A stretch of DNA of 59,499 nt from a virus (IMGVR_UViG_3300020599_000008:1-59499); one strand, 5' to 3'. Positions 45,327-54,826 are shown, numbered from the stretch's first letter. The notes: generated by a model not told the origin, from the letters alone. Program-made: numbers and translations.

Positions 45327-45829
45327 GATTGTTCTCCTGGGCTTGGCAGTGCCATGACGCGTGGATCCACGCCCGGCAGCATCGGCGGCATCGCACGGGT
45401 TCGGTAGCTCTCGGCAATCTGTGGCGCGAGGTACTCCCCGACGGTCGCGCCGTCCGGCAGCACCACGTTGGCGAGGAATGCCTGCTCGAACGTCTCGATG
45501 CCGCTCTCGACTGATTCGAGCTTCGACTTGATCACCAGCGCGAGACTGCGCCACAGTCGCCGGCACTCCTGCGCGTAGGCGTTGTCGGCCTGCGTGGCGG
45601 TGCGGGCCTGCCCCCTTGCGTTGTGCGTGAACTCGCGGTCCCGTGGATTCGGCATCGTCAGGCGGAACAGGATGCGCCGCCCCTGGGCCTCGAACTGGAT
45701 CACGGCCAGCCGCTTATCCTCATCAAATCCGCTGGCATAGCGGCGCGCGCCGTAGCGCCGGATCAGCCCCGCGATCTCGGCCTGCGAGGATTCGATCGAC
45801 ACGCTGGTGTTCTCGGCATATCGGGCCAT
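45323..45829 (-). CDS. conserved phage hypothetical protein
   Basis: YAENTSV...WRSLALVIKSKLESVESGIETFEQAFL. Confidence 0.75.
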   Translation of the reverse strand: MARYAENTSVSIESSQAEIAGLIRRYGARRYASGFDEDKRLAVIQFEAQGRRILFRLTMPNPRDREFTHNARGQARTATQADNAYAQECRRLWRSLALVIKSKLESVESGIETFEQAFLANVVLPDGATVGEYLAPQIAESYRTRAMPPMLPGVDPRVMALPSPGEQS

Positions 45830-46206
45830 CAGTCGACCCTCCACATCTGCCGATTGGCGTCATAGTCCTGCTTCCAGTTCTCGACCGCAGCCTCGCGGGT
45901 GTCCCCGATGCCGAACGCCGTGATGGAATACGCGATCCAGAACTCGATCTGGCCGTCAGGAGCCCGCAACGACTTGATCGTTAGGTCGAGCGCGGGAGCT
46001 TGCGAAGAGGGCTCATCCGCCGGGACGTGGTTCTCGCGGTAGTCAATCCACCCGAGGGCCCAGAGCAAGTTGAACAACTGGCCCAAGATGCACAGCCCCG
46101 AGACTGCAAGGGGCAGCAGCGCCCACATGCTCGGGACCAGCGCCATGGCCGCAAGGGCCGCGAGAACCCCGATGAACCCCAGGGGCATGCGCGCCAACGG
46201 ACTCAT
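45829..46206 (-). CDS. membrane protein
   Basis: Two N-terminal TM helices. Confidence 0.6.
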   Translation of the reverse strand: MSPLARMPLGFIGVLAALAAMALVPSMWALLPLAVSGLCILGQLFNLLWALGWIDYRENHVPADEPSSQAPALDLTIKSLRAPDGQIEFWIAYSITAFGIGDTREAAVENWKQDYDANRQMWRVD

Positions 46207-46748
46207 GCCGGGATGCCTTCGAGCGAGCGCACGGGCTTGCCGATGCGCTCCGCGTACTCGATCTCACGACGGGTCGATTCCCCGATGTAGCCCCCGGGGT
46301 TGATCACGAGGATTTCGTCCGCCAAATCGATCTTGCGCAGGTGCAGCTCATCAGATCCGCCCGGTGACAGGACGATGTGGCCCTCACGCATCAACCGAAT
46401 GCTCGCGTTCGTGTACTCGAACACGTCCTCACCACACAGGCAGATAATCCGAGGCATTGCATCGGGGTGACTGCCGCCGGGTCGCGCGTACAGGTCCTCA
46501 GCGTTCTGCATCCCGAGGGCTTCGCGCGCTTGTCGGCGCTGGCAACGGTCCTTGTGGCCCTCGTAGGGGGCAGAGCCGCAGAACCAGCAGTAGTACCCGC
46601 CGGTCTCGCGGTGCTGGTGATCCTGTCCGTCGCGCCCGCGCCAGTAGTAGCGCCACGGGTCGCACGTCGCGAGCGCGGTCAGCAGGCTGTGGACCTGATT
46701 GACCTGTTGCGCCATCTCGATCGCTGCCTCAAGGTACGGGAGTCTCAT
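46203..46748 (-). CDS. nucleoside deoxyribosyltransferase-like protein
   Basis: IICLCG...HLRKIDLADEILVINPGGYIGESTRREIEYA. Confidence 0.7.
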   Translation of the reverse strand: MRLPYLEAAIEMAQQVNQVHSLLTALATCDPWRYYWRGRDGQDHQHRETGGYYCWFCGSAPYEGHKDRCQRRQAREALGMQNAEDLYARPGGSHPDAMPRIICLCGEDVFEYTNASIRLMREGHIVLSPGGSDELHLRKIDLADEILVINPGGYIGESTRREIEYAERIGKPVRSLEGIPA

Positions 46749-46775
46749 GGCGTGGCGTCCTCTCTTACGCACGCT

Positions 46776-46860
46776 GCACGGAAGCCGCTTCTTCCGCTGC
46801 ACCCGGGATACTGAATATCGTGGTATCAGATATCAGTATCTAGGATATTAGTCATTATGC
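46776..46860 (-). promoter_or_regulatory. AT-rich control region plus AAGCGG leader hairpin
   Basis: GATAT-type repeats; GCAGCGGAAG-AAGCGG-CTTCCGTGC then GAGAGGA SD. Confidence 0.65.
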
Positions 46861-46988
46861 CTCATTGACGCGCGCCCGTAAAGGGCCAAGGGGCTTTTGC
46901 TACCGCGCGTTCCAGCGGCGTAGTAGGTGGATCAGGACCAGCAGGGCCCGGTTGATCCCCTTGAGCACCTGCGCGATCATCCGGTCAA

Positions 46989-47135
46989 TCACGTTTCTCT
47001 GCCTCCCATGAAGTAGCGCCGAACATCCATCTGGCCGCACGACCGACAACGCCGTCGCACCCACCAGACCCCATCCCTGCCGTCCCACCATGGAGCTGAC
47101 CACGCGGTCCAGTAGTGCCGATGTTGATCCACCAT
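46989..47135 (-). CDS. small Trp-rich protein
   Basis: GAGGAG SD; CRSC motif. Confidence 0.5.
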   Translation of the reverse strand: MVDQHRHYWTAWSAPWWDGRDGVWWVRRRCRSCGQMDVRRYFMGGRET

Positions 47136-47137
47136 CG

Positions 47138-47464
47138 CTACACTCCTCGGCGAGCTGCAGAACGCGCCGAGCCCACGTACTCCGGCAGGCACCTGCCCAC
47201 CAGCACCCGCGCGGCGTCCTCAGCGGTATCAAACGTCTGCTCGTTGTTGAGTGGCGGCATCGTGGCGCTCGAGGGACCACGGCATACCCACCCTCGGGCA
47301 CCCCAGTCCACGACGTGCCCGAGGACACGGCCCAGCGCCAAAACCTCGACGATCATGTGGGGCCACTGGACGTTGCCGAATGGCCGGATGTTGCTGCCGG
47401 TCGACACATCGGTCAGCGTGGTGTTGACCACGATGTTGTCGAGCTCGACCGCGATGGTCATCAT
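47138..47464 (-). CDS. hypothetical protein
   Basis: Coupled to MTase stop. Confidence 0.6.
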   Translation of the reverse strand: MMTIAVELDNIVVNTTLTDVSTGSNIRPFGNVQWPHMIVEVLALGRVLGHVVDWGARGWVCRGPSSATMPPLNNEQTFDTAEDAARVLVGRCLPEYVGSARSAARRGV

Positions 47465-48381
47465 CCTGCTGCCTCCTCTCGCACTTCCACCTGATTGAGC
47501 AGCGGGGCATCGCCCGCGATCCTGCGCCGCGCCATCGCGGCATAGTCGGGGTTCAGCTCGATCCCGAGGAACCGCCGCCCGTGTCGTAGCGCCACAACCC
47601 CGACGGTGCCGGAACCCGCGAACGGATCCAGCACAACATCACCCTCGCGCGAACCCGCGAGCACGCAGGGCTCGACCAGGGCTTCGGGAAACGTTGCGAA
47701 ATGGACCGTTGGGACGCGTTGCGGCGCAACGGTCCAGACCGATCGCTTGTTGGCCCCGTGGGCCATCTGCTCGGCCCGGGGCATCGCGTCCCAACGGTCC
47801 GCGAACCCATCGTGCCGGCGCGCGTGACCGCGCTGCCGTTCGGCTCGGCCCTGCCGGTGGAATCGGCCATGTGGGCCAGCATCGGTGTCCCAGCCGGTCG
47901 GGACGCGCAGCGGGGCCGTAGACCGCGCGGGCTCACGGATCGCGGCGGCGTCGTACCGGTAGTGGCGCTGCCGGGCCAGCAGGAACAGATACTCGTGGGC
48001 CGTGGTGCAGCGATCCTGCACACTCTGGGGCATCGGGTTGGGCTTCGCCCAGATGATGTCCTGCCGGAGTATCCAGCCATCTGCCTGTAGCGCGAACGCG
48101 ACACGCCACGGAATCCCCAGCAGGTTCTTGTCCGGCGCGTAGGCATCGCCGAGATTCAGCCACACGACACCATCGGGCCGCAGAACCCGCGCAACCTCGC
48201 GAAACACCGCGACCTGCCCCGCGATGTACTGGTCGAGCGTCGGCTCAAGGCCCATCTGGCCGGAAACGCCGTAGTCTCGGAGTTGCCAGTAGGGCGGCGA
48301 CGTGATGCAGCACTGAACCGACGCATCCTCGACGCCCTGTAGCACGTCGCGCACATCTCCGACGCGGATTTCGGCACTCAT
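47461..48381 (-). CDS. DNA methyltransferase, N4/N6 (beta class)
   Basis: TSPPYW, WAKPNPMP, HFATFP, VLDPFAGSGT, GIELN. Confidence 0.93.
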   Translation of the reverse strand: MSAEIRVGDVRDVLQGVEDASVQCCITSPPYWQLRDYGVSGQMGLEPTLDQYIAGQVAVFREVARVLRPDGVVWLNLGDAYAPDKNLLGIPWRVAFALQADGWILRQDIIWAKPNPMPQSVQDRCTTAHEYLFLLARQRHYRYDAAAIREPARSTAPLRVPTGWDTDAGPHGRFHRQGRAERQRGHARRHDGFADRWDAMPRAEQMAHGANKRSVWTVAPQRVPTVHFATFPEALVEPCVLAGSREGDVVLDPFAGSGTVGVVALRHGRRFLGIELNPDYAAMARRRIAGDAPLLNQVEVREEAAG

Positions 48382-48767
48382 GCCTCACCCCCGAGGATCC
48401 GGGCAATCGTGCCGTCGAGTCGATCCAGCGGTCGCCACACGCAGTACAGGACGGGCGAGCCCGGCAGGTCCGCGACGTGGAGTGACAGCGCCGCGCCCCA
48501 CTCAGCCTGGTACTCCGTAAGCGCACCCTTCCTGGGGTCCTGGACTTTCAGTTCCGCGAAGATCAGCGACCGTTGCGGTCGGCGTTCCACTGGTCCGTCC
48601 CACACGATCACGAGATCCGGGAACCCGAACGCTGACCGGCGGCTATCGAACGTGTGGTACACCCTCCATCCAGCAGCGCGGGCCGCCTGGATGACCCACC
48701 GTTGTAACTTCCGCTCGTCCATCGCGGACGCTTCGCCCAGTTGGTATTCCGCCGCCGTGACCCTCAC
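48378..48767 (-). CDS. VRR-NUC nuclease
   Basis: E..LQ...GFPDLVI...FAELK...Q..W. Confidence 0.85.
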   Translation of the reverse strand: MRVTAAEYQLGEASAMDERKLQRWVIQAARAAGWRVYHTFDSRRSAFGFPDLVIVWDGPVERRPQRSLIFAELKVQDPRKGALTEYQAEWGAALSLHVADLPGSPVLYCVWRPLDRLDGTIARILGGEA

Positions 48768-48988
48768 GCCATCACCTCGTATCGGTAGCCGTCGTCGCCG
48801 GATTCGACAATGCGGTACATCTCGCCCGCCGCCGCGCAGAACAGCCGGGGCGGTGGCATCGAATCCCAGACCTCGTGCCAGCCACGTTGCTGACCATCCA
48901 GCGTCCCGCCGGTGAACCGCACGGGCCGGGTCGGGTACGGCGACCGCTTGCTGATGAACTCGTTTTTGCGGTACTCGGGGTTACTCAT
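48764..48988 (-). CDS. hypothetical protein
   Basis: FTGGTLDG motif; coupled. Confidence 0.6.
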   Translation of the reverse strand: MSNPEYRKNEFISKRSPYPTRPVRFTGGTLDGQQRGWHEVWDSMPPPRLFCAAAGEMYRIVESGDDGYRYEVMA

Positions 48989-49289
48989 GCGCGGCTCCTG
49001 CGCGCGCCCGTAGCCGCGCCTTCCATTCAGCGCGCGTCACCCGAGGCGCGGCCTCGGCCTCTGGCTCATGCCAGACGCTCGGGTCGGGCGCGTCCACCGT
49101 GTACTGGTTGCTGCCCGTGCGTGGACGACCCCGCGGACGGTCGCCAGATGCCCCGACGCATTGCTTGCACGTCCCGATCCGACTCCCCTGCCCGATCCCG
49201 GGCCCGAGGATGCCCGCGCGACCCTGGAACTCGTGCGCAGGCTTCTCCTCGCCACAGCGGCGACACTGCATCGTCCGCGTGGTGCTCAT
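48981..49289 (-). CDS. Zn-finger protein
   Basis: CRRCGEEKP..EF...CKQC. Confidence 0.65.
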   Translation of the reverse strand: MSTTRTMQCRRCGEEKPAHEFQGRAGILGPGIGQGSRIGTCKQCVGASGDRPRGRPRTGSNQYTVDAPDPSVWHEPEAEAAPRVTRAEWKARLRARAGAAHE

Positions 49290-49663
49290 GACTGACCACC
49301 TGCCAGCACAACCGCGTGGGCGATGATCCGCCGGAGTCGATCGGCCACGGGCTCCGGGGCGCACTGCAGCACGTCCATGGCGTGGCGCAGCACCGGCTCA
49401 TCGGCAAAAACCTTGGCCTCCATGTCCTCGGGGTCCGGGGCATGGCCCGCGGCCAGCAGGAACGTCGCGCGGTCCGAACCGGTGAGCCGGAGCCCGTTGG
49501 CCAGCGATTCCGCGACGGCACGGCGGGGCACCCGATCTCCCGACTCCATGCGGTTGATGTAGGATCGATCCACCTCTGCCGCGATTCCAAGGTCGACCTG
49601 ACTCATCCGCGCGGCGATACGCCGGGTCGTCAACTCCTGGGCGAACACGATGTTGGTCATCAT
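49286..49663 (-). CDS. XRE HTH regulator
   Basis: MSQVDLG.AAEVDRSYINRMESG.R.P. Confidence 0.85.
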   Translation of the reverse strand: MMTNIVFAQELTTRRIAARMSQVDLGIAAEVDRSYINRMESGDRVPRRAVAESLANGLRLTGSDRATFLLAAGHAPDPEDMEAKVFADEPVLRHAMDVLQCAPEPVADRLRRIIAHAVVLAGGQS

Positions 49664-50040
49664 CAGTTGAGCTCCATTCCCCGCACCTGCGCCACAACCT
49701 CCAGGTACTCGCGCATTGCCATGCGGATCGCAATCAGGCCCGGCACCGTGATGTGGTGGCGCTCGCCGAACGACGGATCTCGACGACACATCTGCACCAG
49801 CGTCACGGTCATCGCGTAGATCGTTTTGGCGTCTTCCCAGCCCAGCGGGATCGTGACCTCGGCATCAATCTCGGTGTCCTCAATGCACTCGCCCACGCGC
49901 CCCGCGAGTCGCTTGACGTTCCACAGCTCATCGACACCCGCGACCACCACGGACGAGAGCCCGTGGTACAGATCGCACGCGATATCGCGCGGCATCGTGG
50001 CCTCCCGGACGTACTGGGGCAGCCGTTGTTCAACACTCAT
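49663..50040 (-). CDS. hypothetical protein
   Basis: Coupled operon ORF. Confidence 0.6.
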   Translation of the reverse strand: MSVEQRLPQYVREATMPRDIACDLYHGLSSVVVAGVDELWNVKRLAGRVGECIEDTEIDAEVTIPLGWEDAKTIYAMTVTLVQMCRRDPSFGERHHITVPGLIAIRMAMREYLEVVAQVRGMELN

Positions 50041-50927
50041 GCGCGTTCCTCCGGCGTTATCCACGGGCGATCCAGGACCGCGAACACCGCGGCTTCATCA
50101 GGGGTTGGGATGATCTCGATCAGCGCGCCCGCGCTGCTCGTGCGCCAGATCGCCCCGTCCTTGACCCGCAGGTCATCGGGCAGCCACCCGCCCGCCGAGA
50201 CATGCGTGACGATCCGCTGGCTAAACGCCGCGGGGCCCGTGCGGATCATCTGGATGACGCCCCACTGCGCGGGCTCCAGCACGCTGAACAGGTCGATCCC
50301 GATGCCGGGGAGGAAACCTGTGTTCAGCACGAGGCGCTTGTAGCGCGCCCCGACGGCCGCACGCCCGTTGACGTCGAGCCGCTGGCCCCACACGCCGTGC
50401 TGGAGCTTGTCCGCCACGTACTCATCCAGCAGGTTCAGCTCGGAGATCACCGTGCCGAACAGATCGGTTTGGCCGGGCATCAGGATTGGGCGCGCCAAGA
50501 TCTCGATGTCCTTGACCATCGGCTTCTTGCGTCGGATCGACCCCGCGATCTCGACGCGGCTGCATACGTGGCGCAACTCCTTGGCGATGGCATCAGCCAG
50601 GGGCTTGGCGCTCCCGAGGGGGAATCGCTGATACGTGCGCTCTTCCACGAGGCGCACCAGCACGTCGGCATGGCACGGATCTCCGATGCGGCACCAGCAC
50701 CCGAGACGCTGGCCCTCAAGCTCCCCGAGGCGCGCCATGAGCGCCGGGTTCGTCAGGATGTACCGCTCGTACTGCTCGACCACCTCCTCGCGGGTGCCGT
50801 CGCGCCCCACGACAAACGGGTTGCCCCAGATCGAGGCGGGCAGGTCGTAGCCCTGGTGGTTGAATGCCCGCCCCACGTAGACGTCGAACTCGGATTCCCG
50901 CAGGTTGACGCGCGTTGTCCCGGTCAT
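50037..50927 (-). CDS. DUF4326 - DNA polymerase X fusion
   Basis: VYVGR..WGNPF..LGCWC..CHADVL then IAGSIRR..VKDIEIL..IDLF..RTGP. Confidence 0.85.
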   Translation of the reverse strand: MTGTTRVNLRESEFDVYVGRAFNHQGYDLPASIWGNPFVVGRDGTREEVVEQYERYILTNPALMARLGELEGQRLGCWCRIGDPCHADVLVRLVEERTYQRFPLGSAKPLADAIAKELRHVCSRVEIAGSIRRKKPMVKDIEILARPILMPGQTDLFGTVISELNLLDEYVADKLQHGVWGQRLDVNGRAAVGARYKRLVLNTGFLPGIGIDLFSVLEPAQWGVIQMIRTGPAAFSQRIVTHVSAGGWLPDDLRVKDGAIWRTSSAGALIEIIPTPDEAAVFAVLDRPWITPEERA

Positions 50928-51343
50928 CGCGCCACCTCATCCCACGGATCCATAGGCGCGGCATTGATGCGCGCGGCAGCACGCCGGCGTGCCTGATACG
51001 CGACCACGGCCTCACGCTGTCGCTCCGGGTACCACAGCCACCGGGGCGCGCCCGACGGGAACCGCTGGACCTTGCCGGTCTGGTGGTCCTCCATACGGTC
51101 GCAGCACAGCGGGCACACGTCATAGTTGACGTTCTGGCCCGGCACGCTCACGAGTCGCCCGTTGCGACATCCGGGGCACACGGGCTTGTTGCCGCAGACC
51201 GTGCACGCGCGAGACTCGTGTTCCAGCCCGAGGCACCGGGGGCAGACGGTGCGATCCACCGGCAGGCCGTCTCGGACCTCGGGGTACTCGACCCCTCGTC
51301 TACCCGACTTCCCGATATCGGTTTGGCTAATAACGTGTTGCAT
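50924..51343 (-). CDS. Cys-rich Zn-finger protein
   Basis: Four CxxC pairs. Confidence 0.65.
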   Translation of the reverse strand: MQHVISQTDIGKSGRRGVEYPEVRDGLPVDRTVCPRCLGLEHESRACTVCGNKPVCPGCRNGRLVSVPGQNVNYDVCPLCCDRMEDHQTGKVQRFPSGAPRWLWYPERQREAVVAYQARRRAAARINAAPMDPWDEVAR

Positions 51344-51881
51344 GCTGATTCCCCGTCCCGATCGCGCGAACGCCATCCCGTTGTGCTGCGCCGAGCGCGT
51401 GGTCATCGGTGTAGCGCGCCTGTAGTGCCGCCACCTCCAGGGCCTCGCGGTACTGCTGATACGCCGCGCTGAACCGCCGCTCGATGCGCTCTAGCTCATA
51501 CTCTCCATCGGCCTGCGCAACCGCCCGGATGCCCCCCGCGGCCCCGAGGGCTTCGCGGACCTGCTGGGGTAGACGATCCTGAATGCTGGCCCCCTCGTGC
51601 CACGTGCGCGCAACCCCGAGGATCGCGGCCCACGCGTCGACCGGGCCGGGCGGCAGCACGCCAGCACGTACCAGCACCCGACTGGCAGCCTGTCGCACCT
51701 GCTGGACGCTTGGCATCCAGTCGTACGAATCGATGCATTCCTGCACGGTCGCGCTGAAGAGCCGCGCATCCATCGGGGCGAACCGCTCGGTGAACACCGC
51801 GATGGTCGTGGCGGAGATCTCACGTTGCGGGTACGCGGCCATCAGGATCCCGAAGAGCCTCTCGAACTCTCGCGCTCTCAT
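51327..51881 (-). CDS. replicative helicase loader/inhibitor (G39P-like)
   Basis: LMAAYP...WMPSV...AW..I...F..AY; follows initiator. Confidence 0.7.
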   Translation of the reverse strand: MRAREFERLFGILMAAYPQREISATTIAVFTERFAPMDARLFSATVQECIDSYDWMPSVQQVRQAASRVLVRAGVLPPGPVDAWAAILGVARTWHEGASIQDRLPQQVREALGAAGGIRAVAQADGEYELERIERRFSAAYQQYREALEVAALQARYTDDHALGAAQRDGVRAIGTGNQHATRY

Positions 51882-52780
51882 CGGTCACCCCCGTCATCCG
51901 GGCCGGAGCCCATCGCCGCCATGACGCGCGCCAGATTCGCGAGGCTCCGATCAACCGTGGTTCCTCGGGGCGGAGCGGGCCGCGTGCCGTGCGCCCGGGG
52001 CTGAGATGAGCGCGAACCCATGCGCGTAAACCAGTTGGTTACGGCGCGGTGCCAGTCCTGCCGACGCCACGCCTGACCACGCGGATGCGATGCCCGGTGC
52101 TGATTCCAGTACTCGCGGAACCGCATGGCCTCGGCGATCAGGTCCCCGTCATCCACCGCGAGGCCCAACGTCGTGAGGACGCCGTCGAGGTGCTGCGCGA
52201 TATCCACCGGGTCGACGCGTTCCAGCCCCCGGACCTCAGCCACGATCCCCGCGGCTTTCTCGACGGCATGCGAACCGGAAAATTCCTCGCGCGCGCGCGC
52301 CGTAGTAGTTCCGGTTCTATAGGCGGTTCTTATAGGTGGTTCTTGGGGGTCAGGTGTTGTACCCCCCCTGGGTATAGGAGTTGACCCACCCCCCGGTAGC
52401 TCCTGACCCACCCCGGTCACGTCCTGCCCGGCGTCCGTCTCGTCGTACGGCGCTGCGCCATCGTCCAGCGCCGCGTTGTTCTGGAGCATCCGCTGATAGT
52501 GGGACGAGTGGGCGTAGTCGATCAGTCGGTACGTGTTGCTCGTGTTGGAGCCGTCGGGCCGGAGCTGAGTTTTGATCTCGATGAGCCCGGCGTCGGCCAT
52601 ACGCGCAAGGTGCGTTTTGACGGAGCCGGGCGACATCTCGGTGACGCGCGCGAGCGTCCGGTGACTCGGGTAGCACGTGCCGGCGTTGTTCGAGAACTCG
52701 GCCAGCGCGAACAGCAGGCATTTCGCCATCGGGGAGCCGGTCTGGGCCTCGCGGGCCCACGCGGTCGCGTAGACGCTCAT
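51878..52780 (-). CDS. replication initiator (wHTH)
   Basis: AKCLLFALAEFSNNAGTCYPS..TLA..T.MS...SNTY; DWHRAVTNW C-terminus. Confidence 0.85.
   Translation of the reverse strand: MSVYATAWAREAQTGSPMAKCLLFALAEFSNNAGTCYPSHRTLARVTEMSPGSVKTHLARMADAGLIEIKTQLRPDGSNTSNTYRLIDYAHSSHYQRMLQNNAALDDGAAPYDETDAGQDVTGVGQELPGGGSTPIPRGGTTPDPQEPPIRTAYRTGTTTARAREEFSGSHAVEKAAGIVAEVRGLERVDPVDIAQHLDGVLTTLGLAVDDGDLIAEAMRFREYWNQHRASHPRGQAWRRQDWHRAVTNWFTRMGSRSSQPRAHGTRPAPPRGTTVDRSLANLARVMAAMGSGPDDGGDR
52310..52430. repeat. iteron-like repeats, probable origin inside initiator gene
   Basis: GGTTCT(T)ATAGG repeats and two TGACCCACCCC(C)GGT copies. Confidence 0.55.
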
Positions 52781-53124
52781 CGGCCACCCCCGGGGGTTCC
52801 GTACTGCTCGGGGTTGCACAGGAGCCAGCCCCGCTCCTCGACCTGCTCGAACGTCTCGGCCTTGCGACCCCGCGTCCACGTCGAGTAGCGCCGGGTATAC
52901 GGCTCGATGTAGCCCATGGACTGCAGGAGCGCGAGCGCGTCGGCCAGTTCTGTGCGCGTCATGTTGGTGCGCGACATGAACCACCGGGAATCATGCTGGA
53001 CCCACAGGGGCCCGTCCTCGCCGTCCAGCGGGGCCGCGTTGTCCCCCATGACGACCAGCAGCAGTTTCATGGCGGGCGAAACCTGACGCTGGGCGTATGC
53101 CCAGATCACGCCGTCGGAACTCAT
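52777..53124 (-). CDS. short initiator-like wHTH protein
   Basis: IWAY.Q...PAMKLLLVVMGDNA...L..MGYI. Confidence 0.65.
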   Translation of the reverse strand: MSSDGVIWAYAQRQVSPAMKLLLVVMGDNAAPLDGEDGPLWVQHDSRWFMSRTNMTRTELADALALLQSMGYIEPYTRRYSTWTRGRKAETFEQVEERGWLLCNPEQYGTPGGGR

Positions 53125-53214
53125 CCGCGACCTCGCTCTCGTGTGGTGGTTTGATCCATGGGGATGTCCGCGATACGATGGTGGTACACGGTAGACCTCT
53201 CTCTACTGTGTCAT

Positions 53215-53305
53215 GGGGCAGGGAGCCGCTTACTCCGCTGCCCCTTCTTCATGCCGTGTGTCTATTGGGAATCATAATATCATGATTTACGATATTACGC
53301 TCCGC
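53215..53305 (-). promoter_or_regulatory. AT-rich promoter region plus TAAGCGG hairpin for replication genes
   Basis: GGGGCAGCGGAG-TAAGCGG-CTCCCTGCCCC then GAGAGAGG SD. Confidence 0.7.
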
Positions 53306-53330
53306 AATGACACACGATTCCAGCGCGCTC

Positions 53331-54188
53331 CTACTCGGGCCGCGGGAACGGTTCCTGCACCGATCCCCCGGGCTTCCAGCTCAACTGCCGGATCTCGCGC
53401 CCGGCACGCCAGTAATTCCACGCCTTGATCGTGATAGCCGCGATGTAGTCATCCGGGAGCTTGCTGACACCCCCGGCGTTCGCGAGCAGGCGTTGGCGGA
53501 GCGTCAGGATCGGGTCGGCCTCCTGGAGCCCTGCGCCCGATTCAAGCTTCCCGTAGAACGCCTCAGCATCCTCATGGTCGATGTTGCGGAACAGGTAGTA
53601 CAGGACCGACCCGACGGTCTTTTTCAGCCCGAGGGATCGCATGGTTGGTCCGCTCGTGCGATTGAGGCATGCGTACAGGATTTCCGACTCCGCGGTGACA
53701 CGGGCCAGTACCTGCTCATTCGAGGGGGCGACGCGCGATTTGCGCTGTTTCGCGAGATTCATGTCGCCATACCACTCGTACGCGATGATCGCGCGGGCCA
53801 GCGCGGACACGCGGTTGGCATTGGTGTAGCCCGCGATCGACACGACATCGGCCTGGGTGCGGCTCTTGCCGGAATTCATCTGGGTAAATGCATCGTCGTG
53901 GACCCCGGTCACGACCATGGACTCGATGGTTGTTCCAGACTGCACGACGGCCGCGAGGCGGTGCTGGCCGTCGTGCAGTCGACCATCGGGCGACAGAATG
54001 ATCGGCTCCCCCGTAATCTTCCATTCGCCCCTGACCATCGCATCGGCGTAGCGGTTGACAATCGTGGTGCTCATGCGTCGGTTTGCTCCCGGGCGCGCGA
54101 GCCAGTCGCCCGCGAGCTCCGGGGTGATGGTCTGGACCTCCGCGTGGATGCCCCGAAGGGCATCCAGTTGGACGACAGGTTTCGCCAT
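53331..54188 (-). CDS. ParB-like (DGQHR) protein
   Basis: ITPELA...NRR...YA.AM..GEW..TGEPI...DGQHRLAAV. Confidence 0.85.
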   Translation of the reverse strand: MAKPVVQLDALRGIHAEVQTITPELAGDWLARPGANRRMSTTIVNRYADAMVRGEWKITGEPIILSPDGRLHDGQHRLAAVVQSGTTIESMVVTGVHDDAFTQMNSGKSRTQADVVSIAGYTNANRVSALARAIIAYEWYGDMNLAKQRKSRVAPSNEQVLARVTAESEILYACLNRTSGPTMRSLGLKKTVGSVLYYLFRNIDHEDAEAFYGKLESGAGLQEADPILTLRQRLLANAGGVSKLPDDYIAAITIKAWNYWRAGREIRQLSWKPGGSVQEPFPRPE

Positions 54189-54226
54189 GGTGTTAGCATC
54201 CTCTCGTGCTATTTCGAGTCGCGGAT

Positions 54227-54826
54227 CTACCGATTCGCGTCCTGCTCCCACGCGGTGATCAGGGCCGAGGCGTCGCGCTTACTCATGGTGTTGAGCGTCG
54301 CGCCGTTGAAATGCTCCGCGATCCACGCGTCGATCTCGTCCTCACCCATGTCGAACACGTGGTCCCCGAGCGCGAGGATCTTGCGCTTCTGCGGGTCCGT
54401 GATCCCGGCGTTCGACTGCTGGCCTGACTGCCGCGCCGCGCCGGACTGCTGACGCTGCTGCTTGTTGGCCGACGCGTCCGCGACCCCGCCCTCATCGATC
54501 TCGCGCCCCGTGAACTGCGTGCCGTACCCCAGGACCGCGAGCGCGCGCCCGATGGCTTTGGTCTCGGCTTTCTCCATGTAGTCGTTGAATTCCTCCGACG
54601 TACACATCCCGTGGCCGACCGCGACACCCCCCGTAGCGCCGTCCGACGGAAGCGTCACCGTCGCCTTGAACACTGCGCCACCGTCCCGCAGCTCAACGAG
54701 TTCCGTCACCACGTGGGCCCCGGGATGCTCGGACCGTAGCCACACGATCCGCCACTTGACCTGCAAATAGTCGTTCCCGCTGACCTTGGTCAGGTGGTTC
54801 GCGGGATTGAATGGTGTCGCGGCCAT
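54227..54826 (-). CDS. Rad52-like ssDNA annealing protein
   Basis: YLQVKWR..W...EKAETKAIGRALAVLGYG. Confidence 0.7.
   Translation of the reverse strand: MAATPFNPANHLTKVSGNDYLQVKWRIVWLRSEHPGAHVVTELVELRDGGAVFKATVTLPSDGATGGVAVGHGMCTSEEFNDYMEKAETKAIGRALAVLGYGTQFTGREIDEGGVADASANKQQRQQSGAARQSGQQSNAGITDPQKRKILALGDHVFDMGEDEIDAWIAEHFNGATLNTMSKRDASALITAWEQDANR

Noticed and set aside
45710-45716. Extra TAAGCGG heptamer on the minus strand
   Set aside because: Inside a CDS with no convincing flanking stem; chance occurrence
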